Assembly (NCBI GenBank): GCA_963775465.1
Contig: CAVZIW010000015.1
Span: forward strand, 1 to 64,000
From: Candidatus Bathyarchaeota archaeon
Lineage (GTDB): Archaea; Thermoproteota; Bathyarchaeia; Bathyarchaeales; Bathycorpusculaceae
Direction of reading: 5' to 3'
Length of the DNA stretch: 64,000 nt
Below are positions 51,515 through 61,296 of this stretch, in pieces. The notes under the pieces are model-generated. The model did not search any database and had not been told where the DNA came from. It worked only from the letters and a program-made list of their open reading frames with translations. Within the stretch, counting starts at the first letter, position 1. Every line of letters starts with the position of its first letter. Both the position numbers and the translations under genes were made by a program.

Positions 51515-52894
51515 ATGAATCTTCCTAGAATAATCATTGCGGGCGCTCAGAGCGGAGTGGGTAAAACAACTATTTCTATAGGGTTGATGAGTGCACTAAA
51601 GGATGCGGGCTTCAACGTTCAAGGATTCAAGGTGGGTCCAGACTACATCGACCCAAGTTATCATAATGTCGTAACTGGACGCCAATCCGAGAACTTGGAT
51701 GTTTGGATGGTGCCGCCAGATCAAATCGTAGAAGTGTTTCTTCGTGCAACAAGGGATGCCGACTTCGCTGTTATCGAAGGTGTTATGGGTCTTTACGATG
51801 GACTTAGCGGGTTGGATGAGACTGGGAGCACCGCGCAGATAGCAAAAATCCTAAGGTGCCCCGTAATCTTAGTTATCGACGTTCATGATATGGCTAGAAC
51901 AGCTGCTGCAGTTGCATTGGGCTACAAGAACTTCGATAAGGATGTCAACATTGTAGGAATCATTCTAAACAATGTTGCCGGCAAAACTCACGCGGCATGG
52001 TGCAGGGAAGCAATAGAGGCAATTGTGGGAATACCCGTAATCGGTTCATTGCCCGTCAACAAAGAAATCGAGTTGCCACAGAGGCATCTGGGTCTTATCC
52101 CGACAGCAGAAAAAGAAACCTTCAATTCATTCTTTCCCAAAATTAAGGATTTCATTCGAACCCACATAAACATGGATGCGGTCATTAAGGTGGCAGAGTC
52201 AGCTGGAGAAATGCCGCAAGTCCAACACCCAATTTACCCAAAAAGAAATCATAATAAAAACGTCGTGGTCGGCGTGGCTTTTGATGAAGCATTCAACTTC
52301 TATTATCCTGGGAATCTTAGCCTTCTTGAAGCGTATGGGGCAGAAATCGTTCGATTCAGCCTAATCCACGATAGAGCACTTCCCGTTGGTGTTGAGGGAT
52401 TGTACATTGGCGGTGGTTTTCCCGAAATGTTGCTCAAGGAACTGGAGGCAAACCAGAGCATGCGTGAGGACATAAAGAAAGCGGCTGAAAACGGCATACC
52501 CATCTATGCTGAATGTGCTGGATTAATGTATCTCACTGAGTCGATAACTGATTTCGATGGAAACAGCCATAAAATGGTAGGTTTCTTGAAGGGCAAAACA
52601 GTCATGACCCAAAAAACGTTGGTTACCTACTCCCTCGCAGAAGTCAGCCGCGACAATTTGCTCTGCAAAGCAGGAAGCCAGTTGAAAGGTCATGAGTTCC
52701 ATAACTCAAAAATTATTGACATTGCTGCTGATGCACAATTTGCTTATATCATGAAAATGGGCGAAGGGATAATAGACAAAAAGGAAGCATGGATGCAATA
52801 CAACGTTTTAGCATCCTACATGCACATTCACTTTGCCCAAAACCCTGAAATCGTCGTAAACTTCCTTAAGAATTGTAAAAAACACAAACGATGA
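51515..52894 (+). CDS. cbiA: Cobyrinate a,c-diamide synthase
   Basis: SGVGKTT, FKVGPDYIDP, IEGVMGLYDG, DEAFNFYY, GGGFPE, YAECAGLMYL, HEFH, SYMHIHF. Confidence 0.93.
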   Translation: MNLPRIIIAGAQSGVGKTTISIGLMSALKDAGFNVQGFKVGPDYIDPSYHNVVTGRQSENLDVWMVPPDQIVEVFLRATRDADFAVIEGVMGLYDGLSGLDETGSTAQIAKILRCPVILVIDVHDMARTAAAVALGYKNFDKDVNIVGIILNNVAGKTHAAWCREAIEAIVGIPVIGSLPVNKEIELPQRHLGLIPTAEKETFNSFFPKIKDFIRTHINMDAVIKVAESAGEMPQVQHPIYPKRNHNKNVVVGVAFDEAFNFYYPGNLSLLEAYGAEIVRFSLIHDRALPVGVEGLYIGGGFPEMLLKELEANQSMREDIKKAAENGIPIYAECAGLMYLTESITDFDGNSHKMVGFLKGKTVMTQKTLVTYSLAEVSRDNLLCKAGSQLKGHEFHNSKIIDIAADAQFAYIMKMGEGIIDKKEAWMQYNVLASYMHIHFAQNPEIVVNFLKNCKKHKR

Positions 52895-53004
52895 TCTGGT
52901 CTGTGTGGAATTTGTTGTTTACTTTTAAAACAGGTATGTTCGATTAACAAGTGTTATATACTGTCTCAATACATACTATTCCTAAAGAGGCGAGGTTAAA
53001 CTTT

Positions 53005-53166
53005 ATGGAATCACAATTAGCGGTTTTTAGAAACCAGGAAGCAGCAGAACTCTTCAACTACATAGTAAGTTACACTCGCTTAATCGCTGAAAAACATCCC
53101 CAAAACGAAGAAACCTGCAACATAACGCTCGAAGTTATACCAGAAGAACAAAAAATAACTGTATAA
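53005..53166 (+). CDS. Small hypothetical protein
   Basis: GAGG RBS, ATG 53005; C-terminal NITLEVIPEEQKITV resembles the end of 44085..44315. Confidence 0.55.
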   Translation: MESQLAVFRNQEAAELFNYIVSYTRLIAEKHPQNEETCNITLEVIPEEQKITV

Positions 53167-53708
53167 TTATCAAATTAGCATGGCTGGGTTAGGTATATTT
53201 TTTTTATTTCTACCTTCTGCGAGAGGCAGATCATTTTTATGTAAACTTTTTTTGACAACTTTCATGTAACTGATTACTCAGACATTTGCTGCTTTTTTCA
53301 GGATTATTCAAAGTTAAGTTCCTTTAATTATGATAATTGAGGCAAGCTTTGCTTGCCTTCTTCTTCCTGTTTCTAGAGCTTGTTTGTGACAGAACACTTT
53401 CACTTTGAAAATATATACCCCCAGCGTTGATAAAAAAATTACCATTTTAGAAAAATGTTGTTGAAAAGTTAGAAATTATTGTATGATTTCTTGATTGAAA
53501 GCGAGATTTTTTTGCTGAAGATTTGAACGCTTTCTTTGATCGAATGGTTGGCACTGACAGAACCGAAGTTGGAGAAGACAAACAATCAAAAACTATAATC
53601 AGAGAAATGGGCTCAATTGATTTTGTGGGTATATGATAAATAAGATAGTAATACCCAATTATTTGTTGACTGAAATAAAAAAAGAAGTTGGGATTTGGAA
53701 ATTTATTT

Positions 53709-53777
53709 TTATGTCACTATGTATGGTCGTCTCATTTCGTTGTCTTCATGGTTGATGATATGGCAGTGCCAGACGAA
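53709..53777 (-). pseudogene. Relic of a multicopper oxidase 3' end
   Basis: FVWHCHIINHEDNEMRRPYIVT* versus [23 protein letters not shown] in 41780..43867; followed by a T-tract. Confidence 0.85.
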
Positions 53778-54133
53778 AGACAAGGTGCAAGGCAAAACTA
53801 CTGCCGCCAGCGCGCGCTGACAAAAAGACTAAGGCTCCGAAAATTATAGAAAGTAATTAGTAAGCCCATGGATTAATTTTTGTCGAAAAAAGAAATTAAA
53901 ATAATAATTTTTCTCCTTCAAGTTCAATTAGGGGGTTCGCCCCCAACCAACTTAAGCGTTAATGTAAGTTCAACAGATCTAGAGGTATTTTAGCCAACAA
54001 TTTTAGCTTTGGCGCTATCATTATTGTGTGTTGGCGCATTGGTCAGAAATCGAAATAACCGTTATAATTTAAAATAAAAAGCTCTTAACATCTCAGTAAT
54101 ATTTGCCTATCTCAATTCTTTAATCTAAATAAA

Positions 54134-54214
54134 CTATATTAACCCTGAAGAATAATTTTTATTGAGCACTATTTTTTCATCTTTTGCTCAAAGAATATCG
54201 TGAGAAAGGAAAAA
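54134..54214 (+). promoter_or_regulatory. Promoter and leader of paralog 5: TATA-like box, 5' hairpin, purine-rich RBS
   Basis: CTATATTAA 54134; stem TTGAGCA 54162-54168 / TGCTCAA 54185-54191; GAGAAAGGA before ATG 54215. Confidence 0.6.
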
Positions 54215-56806
54215 ATGAAAGAATTAAAAATTGTGTTATCAAGAGCTATTGCTTTACTTCTAATATTCGCAATTGCACTACCAATTTTCGCAATGCAAAC
54301 CACAAGTGCACAAAACTCCAATGTCAAAACCTATCCTTTCATAAACGCCACACCCAATCCAGTACAAGTAGGAACCGAAACCCTACTACACCTCGGTATA
54401 ACACGTCCACTACTCTTTGCAACCCAAGGCTGGACAGGACTAACTGTTACTGTAACAAAACCTAACAACACGACCCAAACTCTAGGTCCATTCACAACAG
54501 ACTCAACAGGAGGAACAGGCACAGTTCTAGTCCCTGACGAAGTAGGAATCTACTATCTGCAGACAAATTTCCCAGCTCAATGGTTTAACTACACAGGATC
54601 CGATGGTCGTGGAGGTCAAGTTTCTGTTTCAGTATATGCAGAAGCCGGAACAAGTGAAAAAATACCTCTAATAGTTCAGGAAGAACCACTACAATATTGG
54701 CCAGGCGTTCCGCTTCCAACTGAATATTGGTCAAGACCAATAGACTCACAAGCCAGAGAATGGAATACCATCAGCGGAAGCTGGCTAGATACAAACCGTA
54801 GAAACCCATCCTACATGCCTTACAACAACGGCCCCGAAACTGCACACGTCCTATGGACTAGACAAGAAACAACCGGTGGGCTCGTCGGAGGAGCACTCGA
54901 TAACGCTTTGACTCTGAGTGATAACTCATACGAAATGGGCGACGCATACGAAGGAAAGTTTTCAAGTCGTCTAATTATCGACGGAAAACTAATTTACAAC
55001 GTCTACGCGGGTCCATCCATCGGTGCTGTAGATAATCGAAGAGAATACGCCTGCATTGATATACACACAGGAGAACTGTTATGGTCCAGAGTTTTGTTAA
55101 ACAACTTAACATTAAGCCGCGGACAAACGATGTACTGGGATACTTATGACTTCCACGGAGTCTACGACTACATTTGGGCAACCGCCGGGTCTACATGGTA
55201 CGCCTTTGATCCATTCAACGGCGATTTAGTATACACCCTAACCAATGTACCCTCAGGAACAGTCACTTACGGACCAAAAGGCGAAATTCTAATATACACA
55301 ATCAACTTGCGCCAAGGCTGGATGACATTATGGAACTCAACAAACATACCCGAACTATACGCCAACACAGAAGCAGGTTCAATGGGATTTGCCCAGTGGA
55401 GACCTTACCAGAAAACCATCGACGCACAAGAACCAATCAGTACACCATTCAACCCAATAGGATTAACAGGCTATATGTGGAACAAAACAATACCAACAGC
55501 TTCTGTTGGGAGCGTAAACTACATCTACCCAACGGACCGAGCCATCTGCACTGATTTAGTTACACCCTTCCCAGGACCAGTATCAAATTCCGTCACAGAA
55601 ATTACATCATGGGCAATTGACCTATCCATTGGACATGAAGGAGCACAACTATTCAAAGAAACTTGGACCGCACCAGCTTCATGGGTTGAAGGTAACCAAA
55701 CTGTAGTATTTGAGGCGATCAGCCCACAGAGCACAAATGGAGTCTTCGTCTTAGGAGCACGAGACGACCGACAACATTACGGATTTAGCACTGAAACAGG
55801 AAAATACCTCTGGGTAACTGAACCAGAAATCTACCTAAACTGGTACGGAGCAGGCGGCATCGGTGGAGAACGACCACCTCAGATCGCTTACGATACATTG
55901 ATGACAACAGGAATCGGAGGAATAATCTACGCATATGATACTACGACAGGGCAGAGAATCTGGACTTACAACGCAACAGACGATTACCAAGAAACATTGT
56001 TTGCAAACAACTGGTGGATGTATCCAGTGTTCATCACCGACGGAAAAATCTACTACGGCAGCCTTGAGCACTCCCCAGTCAATCCAATTCCTCGAGGCGC
56101 ACCATTTTTAGCGCTAGACGTGAAAACCGGCCAAGAAGTGTTCCGAGTAAACGGTATGTTCCGACAAACCCTCTGGGGCGGTCTCGCAATAATCGGCGAT
56201 AGCATCATAACGACACAAGACACATACGACTGCCGTATATACGCAATAGGCAAAGGTCCAAGCGCCACAACACTCTCAGCACCCAGCAGCGGCGTTAAAT
56301 TAGGCGATAACATAGTATTGTCCGGAACCGTAAACGACATATCACCCGGCACAAATGATGCAACTTTGACAATGCGTTTTCCCAATGGAGTTCCAGCAGT
56401 ATCTGACGCAAGCATGAGCGACTGGATGCTCTATGTTTACAAACAGTTTGCACGCCCAATGAACGCTTTAGGCGTTGATGTCACGCTAAGCGTTATCGAC
56501 TCAAACGGGAACTTCAGAGAAATCGGTTCAGCAACAACCACTGATGGCTTTTTCGCATTGAACTGGAAGCCAGACATAGAAGGACAATACACTGTCTACG
56601 CCAACTTCAACGGCACAGAATCCTACTATCCCTCATATGCTCTTGCCTCATTCACAGTAGATCCAGCCCCAACATCGCAACAAAGTACTCAAACACCAGG
56701 TAACAACGACACCGTCATGGCAATTACCTACGCTGCAATCGCAATAATAATTGTCATAATCCTTGTTGGAGTAGTATTAGTACTCTTACTCAGAAGACGC
56801 CCATAA
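54215..56806 (+). CDS. Secreted, anchored PQQ-like beta-propeller protein (paralog 5)
   Basis: PNPVQVG, TDSTGG, LPTEYWSRPI, GDAYEGKF, EHSP, RFPNGVP, TM plus RRRP; CCCTCTCTTTTTTT at 56820. Confidence 0.88.
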   Translation: MKELKIVLSRAIALLLIFAIALPIFAMQTTSAQNSNVKTYPFINATPNPVQVGTETLLHLGITRPLLFATQGWTGLTVTVTKPNNTTQTLGPFTTDSTGGTGTVLVPDEVGIYYLQTNFPAQWFNYTGSDGRGGQVSVSVYAEAGTSEKIPLIVQEEPLQYWPGVPLPTEYWSRPIDSQAREWNTISGSWLDTNRRNPSYMPYNNGPETAHVLWTRQETTGGLVGGALDNALTLSDNSYEMGDAYEGKFSSRLIIDGKLIYNVYAGPSIGAVDNRREYACIDIHTGELLWSRVLLNNLTLSRGQTMYWDTYDFHGVYDYIWATAGSTWYAFDPFNGDLVYTLTNVPSGTVTYGPKGEILIYTINLRQGWMTLWNSTNIPELYANTEAGSMGFAQWRPYQKTIDAQEPISTPFNPIGLTGYMWNKTIPTASVGSVNYIYPTDRAICTDLVTPFPGPVSNSVTEITSWAIDLSIGHEGAQLFKETWTAPASWVEGNQTVVFEAISPQSTNGVFVLGARDDRQHYGFSTETGKYLWVTEPEIYLNWYGAGGIGGERPPQIAYDTLMTTGIGGIIYAYDTTTGQRIWTYNATDDYQETLFANNWWMYPVFITDGKIYYGSLEHSPVNPIPRGAPFLALDVKTGQEVFRVNGMFRQTLWGGLAIIGDSIITTQDTYDCRIYAIGKGPSATTLSAPSSGVKLGDNIVLSGTVNDISPGTNDATLTMRFPNGVPAVSDASMSDWMLYVYKQFARPMNALGVDVTLSVIDSNGNFREIGSATTTDGFFALNWKPDIEGQYTVYANFNGTESYYPSYALASFTVDPAPTSQQSTQTPGNNDTVMAITYAAIAIIIVIILVGVVLVLLLRRRP
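56348..56428 (+). repeat. 81-bp perfect inverted repeat, copy B
   Basis: Identical to the reverse complement of 44913..44993. Confidence 0.9.
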
Positions 56807-57001
56807 AAACAAAAACCATCCCTCTCTTTTTTTGTTAAACCTCAATATCTCATCAAAAAATAGTTCAGTCTGCTTTTATCATACTTGACTCCAACATTCT
56901 TGTATTTTATTCTAAAAACTGAAGACAAAAGTCTAAGCTTTTTATTTTTAGCAATTTAACTATTCTTAAATAACCGACAAATCAATTTTAACTAGATCAA
57001 T

Positions 57002-57801
57002 TTGATGAAGCGGCACTCTTCTGTTGCAACTGCAATTATTGTTACCGTTTTAATTTCAATATTACTTAGCATGACCACAGACTCAATAGCATGTTCAACT
57101 GCGATCAATATAGATTGGGAACTCACCATAACAGGCCTAGTTGATAACCCTTTAAATTTAAAAATAGCTGATTTAATGAATATGCCGCAGACCAGCCTTT
57201 TCGCACAAATATACTGTGTTGGTCCCCCAGGGTTTTTTGTCGAGGAAGGCAATTGGACAGGAGTTAGACTTAGCTACCTTCTGGCCCAAGCTGGGGTTGA
57301 CCCTTCTGCAATCAAGATTGCTTTCTATGCTACTGATGGATTCTCCACAGACCTCACTCCAGAATTGGCGATGGATAGTGGCATTGTAGTGGCCTACGAA
57401 AAAAACGGCTTGCCTCTCGATGAAACACTTCGTTTAGTAGTTCCGGATAGATGGGGATACAAATGGATTTATCATCTTACCAGAATCGAAGCTGTAAACT
57501 ATAATTTCCTGGGTAGGTATGAGAGCCAAGGTTACTCAGACACTGCTCTTACGACAATGAGTGGTGGACCTGGAGATGTTGGAGACCAACTGCCAAACCC
57601 AACTGCTTTAACAACTAGGACTCCTTCTCCGACTCCGATCAGTTCCCTAGTTATTCTCCAACTCCAAGCAGTTCTCCTAGTAATTCTCCAAATCCATCCC
57701 CTGCAATTCCAGAGATTTCATCCTTCACAATTTTGTTCTTACTACTTTTTTTGTTACTTTTTGTAGTCATTCTTAAGTATCGAAAACAACATTTCCTTTG
57801 A
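57002..57801 (+). CDS. Secreted molybdopterin-binding oxidoreductase (sulfite oxidase/MsrP-like), frameshifted near 57645
   Basis: WELTITGLV, IYCV, WTGV.L..LL, DGFST, LRLVVP..WGYKWI; adding one C in AGTTCCCTAG gives an S/P linker, IPEI, TM and KYRK ending at 57801. Confidence 0.85.
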
Positions 57802-57962
57802 TTGTAAAGTTTTTATTTGTTGCAAAATTCTACGCGTCTGTTTTCCTTCTTACGTATCGTGGAATTAATTCTGCGGTCCATAGAAAAAAAGCATTCAACA
57901 CAAGAAAAAGGTATATGTTTATTGTTCACGAAAACCCGAAAACTTGTTTTCATGAGTATTAT

Positions 57963-58166
57963 TTATAGAGCGCGTTTTTGCAGGTTAGTGTCTGAAAGGG
58001 CAATAGTCCTCATAACGCCTCTAAATCTCGCAGAACAACTCCTACATCGTTTCTGATTTGCAGGAATTTCCCGCCACTTTGGAGTCTTTGCTCGCGCTGA
58101 CAGTTTCTTTCCACAATCACAACAGTAATATTTTGCGGGTTTTTCCCTAATCCCAATAACTTGCAA
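57963..58166 (-). CDS. Possible small zinc-finger protein
   Basis: CCDCG...CRSC, basic; TTG start at 58166. Confidence 0.4.
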   Translation of the reverse strand: MQVIGIREKPAKYYCCDCGKKLSARAKTPKWREIPANQKRCRSCSARFRGVMRTIALSDTNLQKRAL

Positions 58167-58351
58167 GTTGAAAAATAAATGAGGAGAAATCAGTACTAAA
58201 GAAAATAAATACATGTTGCATCAGTATAACTTGAAATACGGATACTAAGGGATAAGACAACTTCATTAAAATCATATGGTCTAAGAGAGCTTCCTTTGAA
58301 CTTGAATTATGTTGCTATTTTATTTTTTTATTTTAATATTGGACCAAGGGA

Positions 58352-58861
58352 TTATTCTGTTTGATGTGCCCCGTGCCATCGTTCTTCTAGGTATAGGATC
58401 AAAGTAAATAGGCCTCTGCTGAAAATTACCAAAATAAGTAAAATAAATTCTTCATAACTTCTAACTGCTACTGTTCGAATTATCTCTGCGCCGATAAAAA
58501 AGTTCAATCCTAACGTCAAATATCCAGATAGATTTCGTGTTGAGAAAGTTGCTTCGTTGGGGTCTTTTGATTTGATTTGTATGAATCTGACTGTAACTAG
58601 TATGGCGCCAAAAGCGATGACTCCTCCTCCGAAAATGTAGAGTGCATCAGTTGCCACAGTTAGAATTACGTATATAGCATCGTAGATTGCCCCGCCGGAA
58701 ACATAGTTTGCTCCAGAAAGCAAGATAATGATATCGGGGTAAACTAAACTTAAAACTGCACTTATCGCAGCGCCAACAACTATTATTATCAGTATTGCTG
58801 CGGCCACAGAATTGGTGGTCTTCTTTTCTTGAACTTTGCCGTTGTCAGTCATCGCAGGCAA
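58352..58861 (-). CDS. DUF1622-like membrane protein
   Basis: R.L..YL.LGL.F.IGAEIIRTV, R..F...L..E. Confidence 0.8.
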   Translation of the reverse strand: MPAMTDNGKVQEKKTTNSVAAAILIIIVVGAAISAVLSLVYPDIIILLSGANYVSGGAIYDAIYVILTVATDALYIFGGGVIAFGAILVTVRFIQIKSKDPNEATFSTRNLSGYLTLGLNFFIGAEIIRTVAVRSYEEFILLILVIFSRGLFTLILYLEERWHGAHQTE

Positions 58862-58939
58862 CTGCCCTACTGAATTAATTTAACTAATACTGTTAATAAG
58901 CATAATTATCAAGGAGAATTCAACATAATTCTAATTTTC

Positions 58940-60403
58940 TTATTGGTTGAGTTGTTTTTGTAATTGTTTCAGCTTTCTTATCTTTGTAGTTTTTTGTATT
59001 CGTCTTACTATTAGCCAACTGGCTACAATGATTGATGCTGTCGCCACTATTGCAATTATGATGAGTGTGTTGTTTGATGCTGAAGAGTCAGCAATGAGCA
59101 TGAGGGTGAGTGCTAATTGGCTGCTTTTGATGTTTAGGGTTTGATTTATGGGTAAGAATCCTGTTTTTTCGATTTTGAAGGTGTATGATCCCGATTTTAG
59201 GCCTTGGAATGATAAGTAACCTTCGCTGTCGCTGACGTTGGCAATTGTGGTCATTCCCGAGGGTAAAGCAATTGAGGTTGCCAGGGCATCTTTGATTGGG
59301 TTTCCATTTACATCTTTGATCTGTAGAGTCAACTTTGCGTTGTCGATGACTGGGGTAGCTGTTGAGCTGAGGTTAACCTGTATTTTTCCTTGTGTGCTTA
59401 GGTATTGGTCTTTTGAAACGCTTGCGATGATGGTGCAACTCGTAATCTTAGTTGACGCTGGGGCAGTAAAGTTTGCTTTGTATGTGCCATCACCTACCTC
59501 TTTAACTGAGGTGAAGGTTCCGCCGTTGTCAGAGGCAAATTTGACGTTTGCGCCGACTATTGGGTTTCCATCAGCGGTTACATAAGTTGTTAGTATGGTT
59601 CTGTTTCCGTAAGGTATGGTTTGGGGATCTGCGGTTACTTGGGCTTTTAGGGCAACAAAATCAATCAAGCTTGTTGTAATTTTTGCTTGCCCAACTGTGT
59701 AGTTTGATGCTTGGGCTGTAATCAATGAGAATCCAGGGTTGCTTGTGGTTGATAGTTTTTCGGTGACTTGGACTTTTCCAGCGGGAATCCATAAAGAATA
59801 GGCAACGGTTGCGACGGCTGGGTCTGAAGAAAACAAATTCACGTATAGATCTTTGTTAAGTGTGGCTGGGTGTCCCTGTGCATCCTGAAGTTGCAACTGA
59901 AACACTGAATACTGTTGATTATCTGCAGGTAAGAATGCTGGGGTGCAGTAAACCATTAGCTTAGTGGGTAAGGTTCCGGTTGTTGAGGTTGTTATGGTTG
60001 CTTGTACTGTTGCAAAATCTGTTGCTGTAGCAGATATGGTTGTGGATCCTGTGGTGGTGGTTGGGTAGAATTTAGCTGTTCCGTAGGTGTCGCCGGGCTG
60101 GATTTGTATGTATGAGTCGACGTCTCCGATGTTTGTTTGTGATGATGATAGGCTTATAGTCGTGTAGGCTGTGGCTCTGGCGGGTTTTCCTGTGGAATCC
60201 AGTAACTGTACAGCTATGCAGTCGTAGGCGCCTCCGTCTGCGGGAATTTTGTTGGGGCCTATATGGAGTTTAATGCTTACAGGATCGGTCGTGGCAGCAG
60301 AGGATGTTTGATTGAAAAATAGGCACATTGATGAGAGAATAATTAGGAGCATTGCTATTTTTAATATTTTGAGAGACATTCTAGTTGGCTCTTGTTGCTG
60401 CAA
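58940..60403 (-). CDS. Cell-surface protein with tandem Ig-like domains and C-terminal TM
   Basis: Signal peptide, repeated P..IPAD/LPAD...VQL.D..G.PA, carboxypeptidase-regulatory-like domain, TM plus basic tail. Confidence 0.8.
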   Translation of the reverse strand: MQQQEPTRMSLKILKIAMLLIILSSMCLFFNQTSSAATTDPVSIKLHIGPNKIPADGGAYDCIAVQLLDSTGKPARATAYTTISLSSSQTNIGDVDSYIQIQPGDTYGTAKFYPTTTTGSTTISATATDFATVQATITTSTTGTLPTKLMVYCTPAFLPADNQQYSVFQLQLQDAQGHPATLNKDLYVNLFSSDPAVATVAYSLWIPAGKVQVTEKLSTTSNPGFSLITAQASNYTVGQAKITTSLIDFVALKAQVTADPQTIPYGNRTILTTYVTADGNPIVGANVKFASDNGGTFTSVKEVGDGTYKANFTAPASTKITSCTIIASVSKDQYLSTQGKIQVNLSSTATPVIDNAKLTLQIKDVNGNPIKDALATSIALPSGMTTIANVSDSEGYLSFQGLKSGSYTFKIEKTGFLPINQTLNIKSSQLALTLMLIADSSASNNTLIIIAIVATASIIVASWLIVRRIQKTTKIRKLKQLQKQLNQ

Positions 60404-60743
60404 ACTATCGGCAACTGTTTTTAATTTAATGGTTATGTAATTCTTTTATAAGGTTTCTGAAGCTAAGATTCATCAAATTGCAGGATAAATTTATTCGATT
60501 AATAGAATCCGCCTGCGAATGAATAGATAGCATCTGCAAAGTAATGTCTACTGGGTTTGAAAAAATTGATATTTATGTGATTCTATTGAAGGTGATTACC
60601 TATTATTTGATAGATTTTGAGGTATTTTTTATGTTTTATTTTCGATATATTACGAATAGGAAACGTGTTTTATAAACAAGTTTTAGCACGAAAGGGTAAT
60701 GAAAACGCTAGGCTCGAGAGGGCTGGGAGGTGTCAAGAAAAAA

Positions 60744-61194
60744 ATGAATAAATTTAAACGATTCATGAAAAACACAAAAGCAATATCACCAATATTCGCC
60801 ACCCTAATACTTAATCGCCATAGCAGTAATCGCAGGAGTAGTAGTATACGCATTCACAAGCGGAATGTTATCAGGAATGACTGGGCAAAGTACAGTTGGC
60901 CAAGAAAAAGTGTCGATTCAAGGAGTTGACACAACAAACTCGGTAGTCTTTGCTCAAAATACAGGCTCTAACGATGTTGCAGTTAATGGATGGCTAGTCA
61001 AGAATAGTGCAGGTCAGACTGTCAGTGCAAGCGAAGATGATTTTGCAGCAGTGACTTTACCAGCTGGGGGCGCTTTAACAGAAGTAGGTTTCACTCCACC
61101 AGCAGCTACAGGTTCTTACACAGTTACTTTAGTGACAACAGCAGGCGGTAATTTCGTTTCTCCATCCTTCACAGTCACAACAGCAGGTGAGTAA
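60744..61194 (+). CDS. Archaeal type IV pilin (probable major pilin), split by one extra base at ~60811-60813
   Basis: KA|ISPIFATLIL, then the +1 frame IAIAVIAGVVVYAF...NTGS...YTVTLVT.AG; GGAGGTG RBS. Confidence 0.85.
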
Positions 61195-61296
61195 TCCATC
61201 GACGGGCTATAACTCAATAATAAAAATTTTCCCCTTTTATTGAAATAAAATTTAATCAAAAAATCAAAATATTAGCCAAGAATCAGGGCGAAAAAA

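Noticed and set aside
53709-53777. Oxidase relic as a DGR template repeat
   Set aside because: Differences from 43736-43803 are not adenine-specific and many are synonymous; no reverse transcriptase is in the window.
53931-53944. tRNA T-arm or att site
   Set aside because: GGTTCG is present but the loop has 4 nt rather than 7, and there is no acceptor stem or CCA context.
2639-61194. A general programmed-frameshift system linking all broken genes
   Set aside because: The shifts go in both directions, lack a common slippery motif or stimulator, and one sits in a homopolymer; this pattern fits long-read indel errors.
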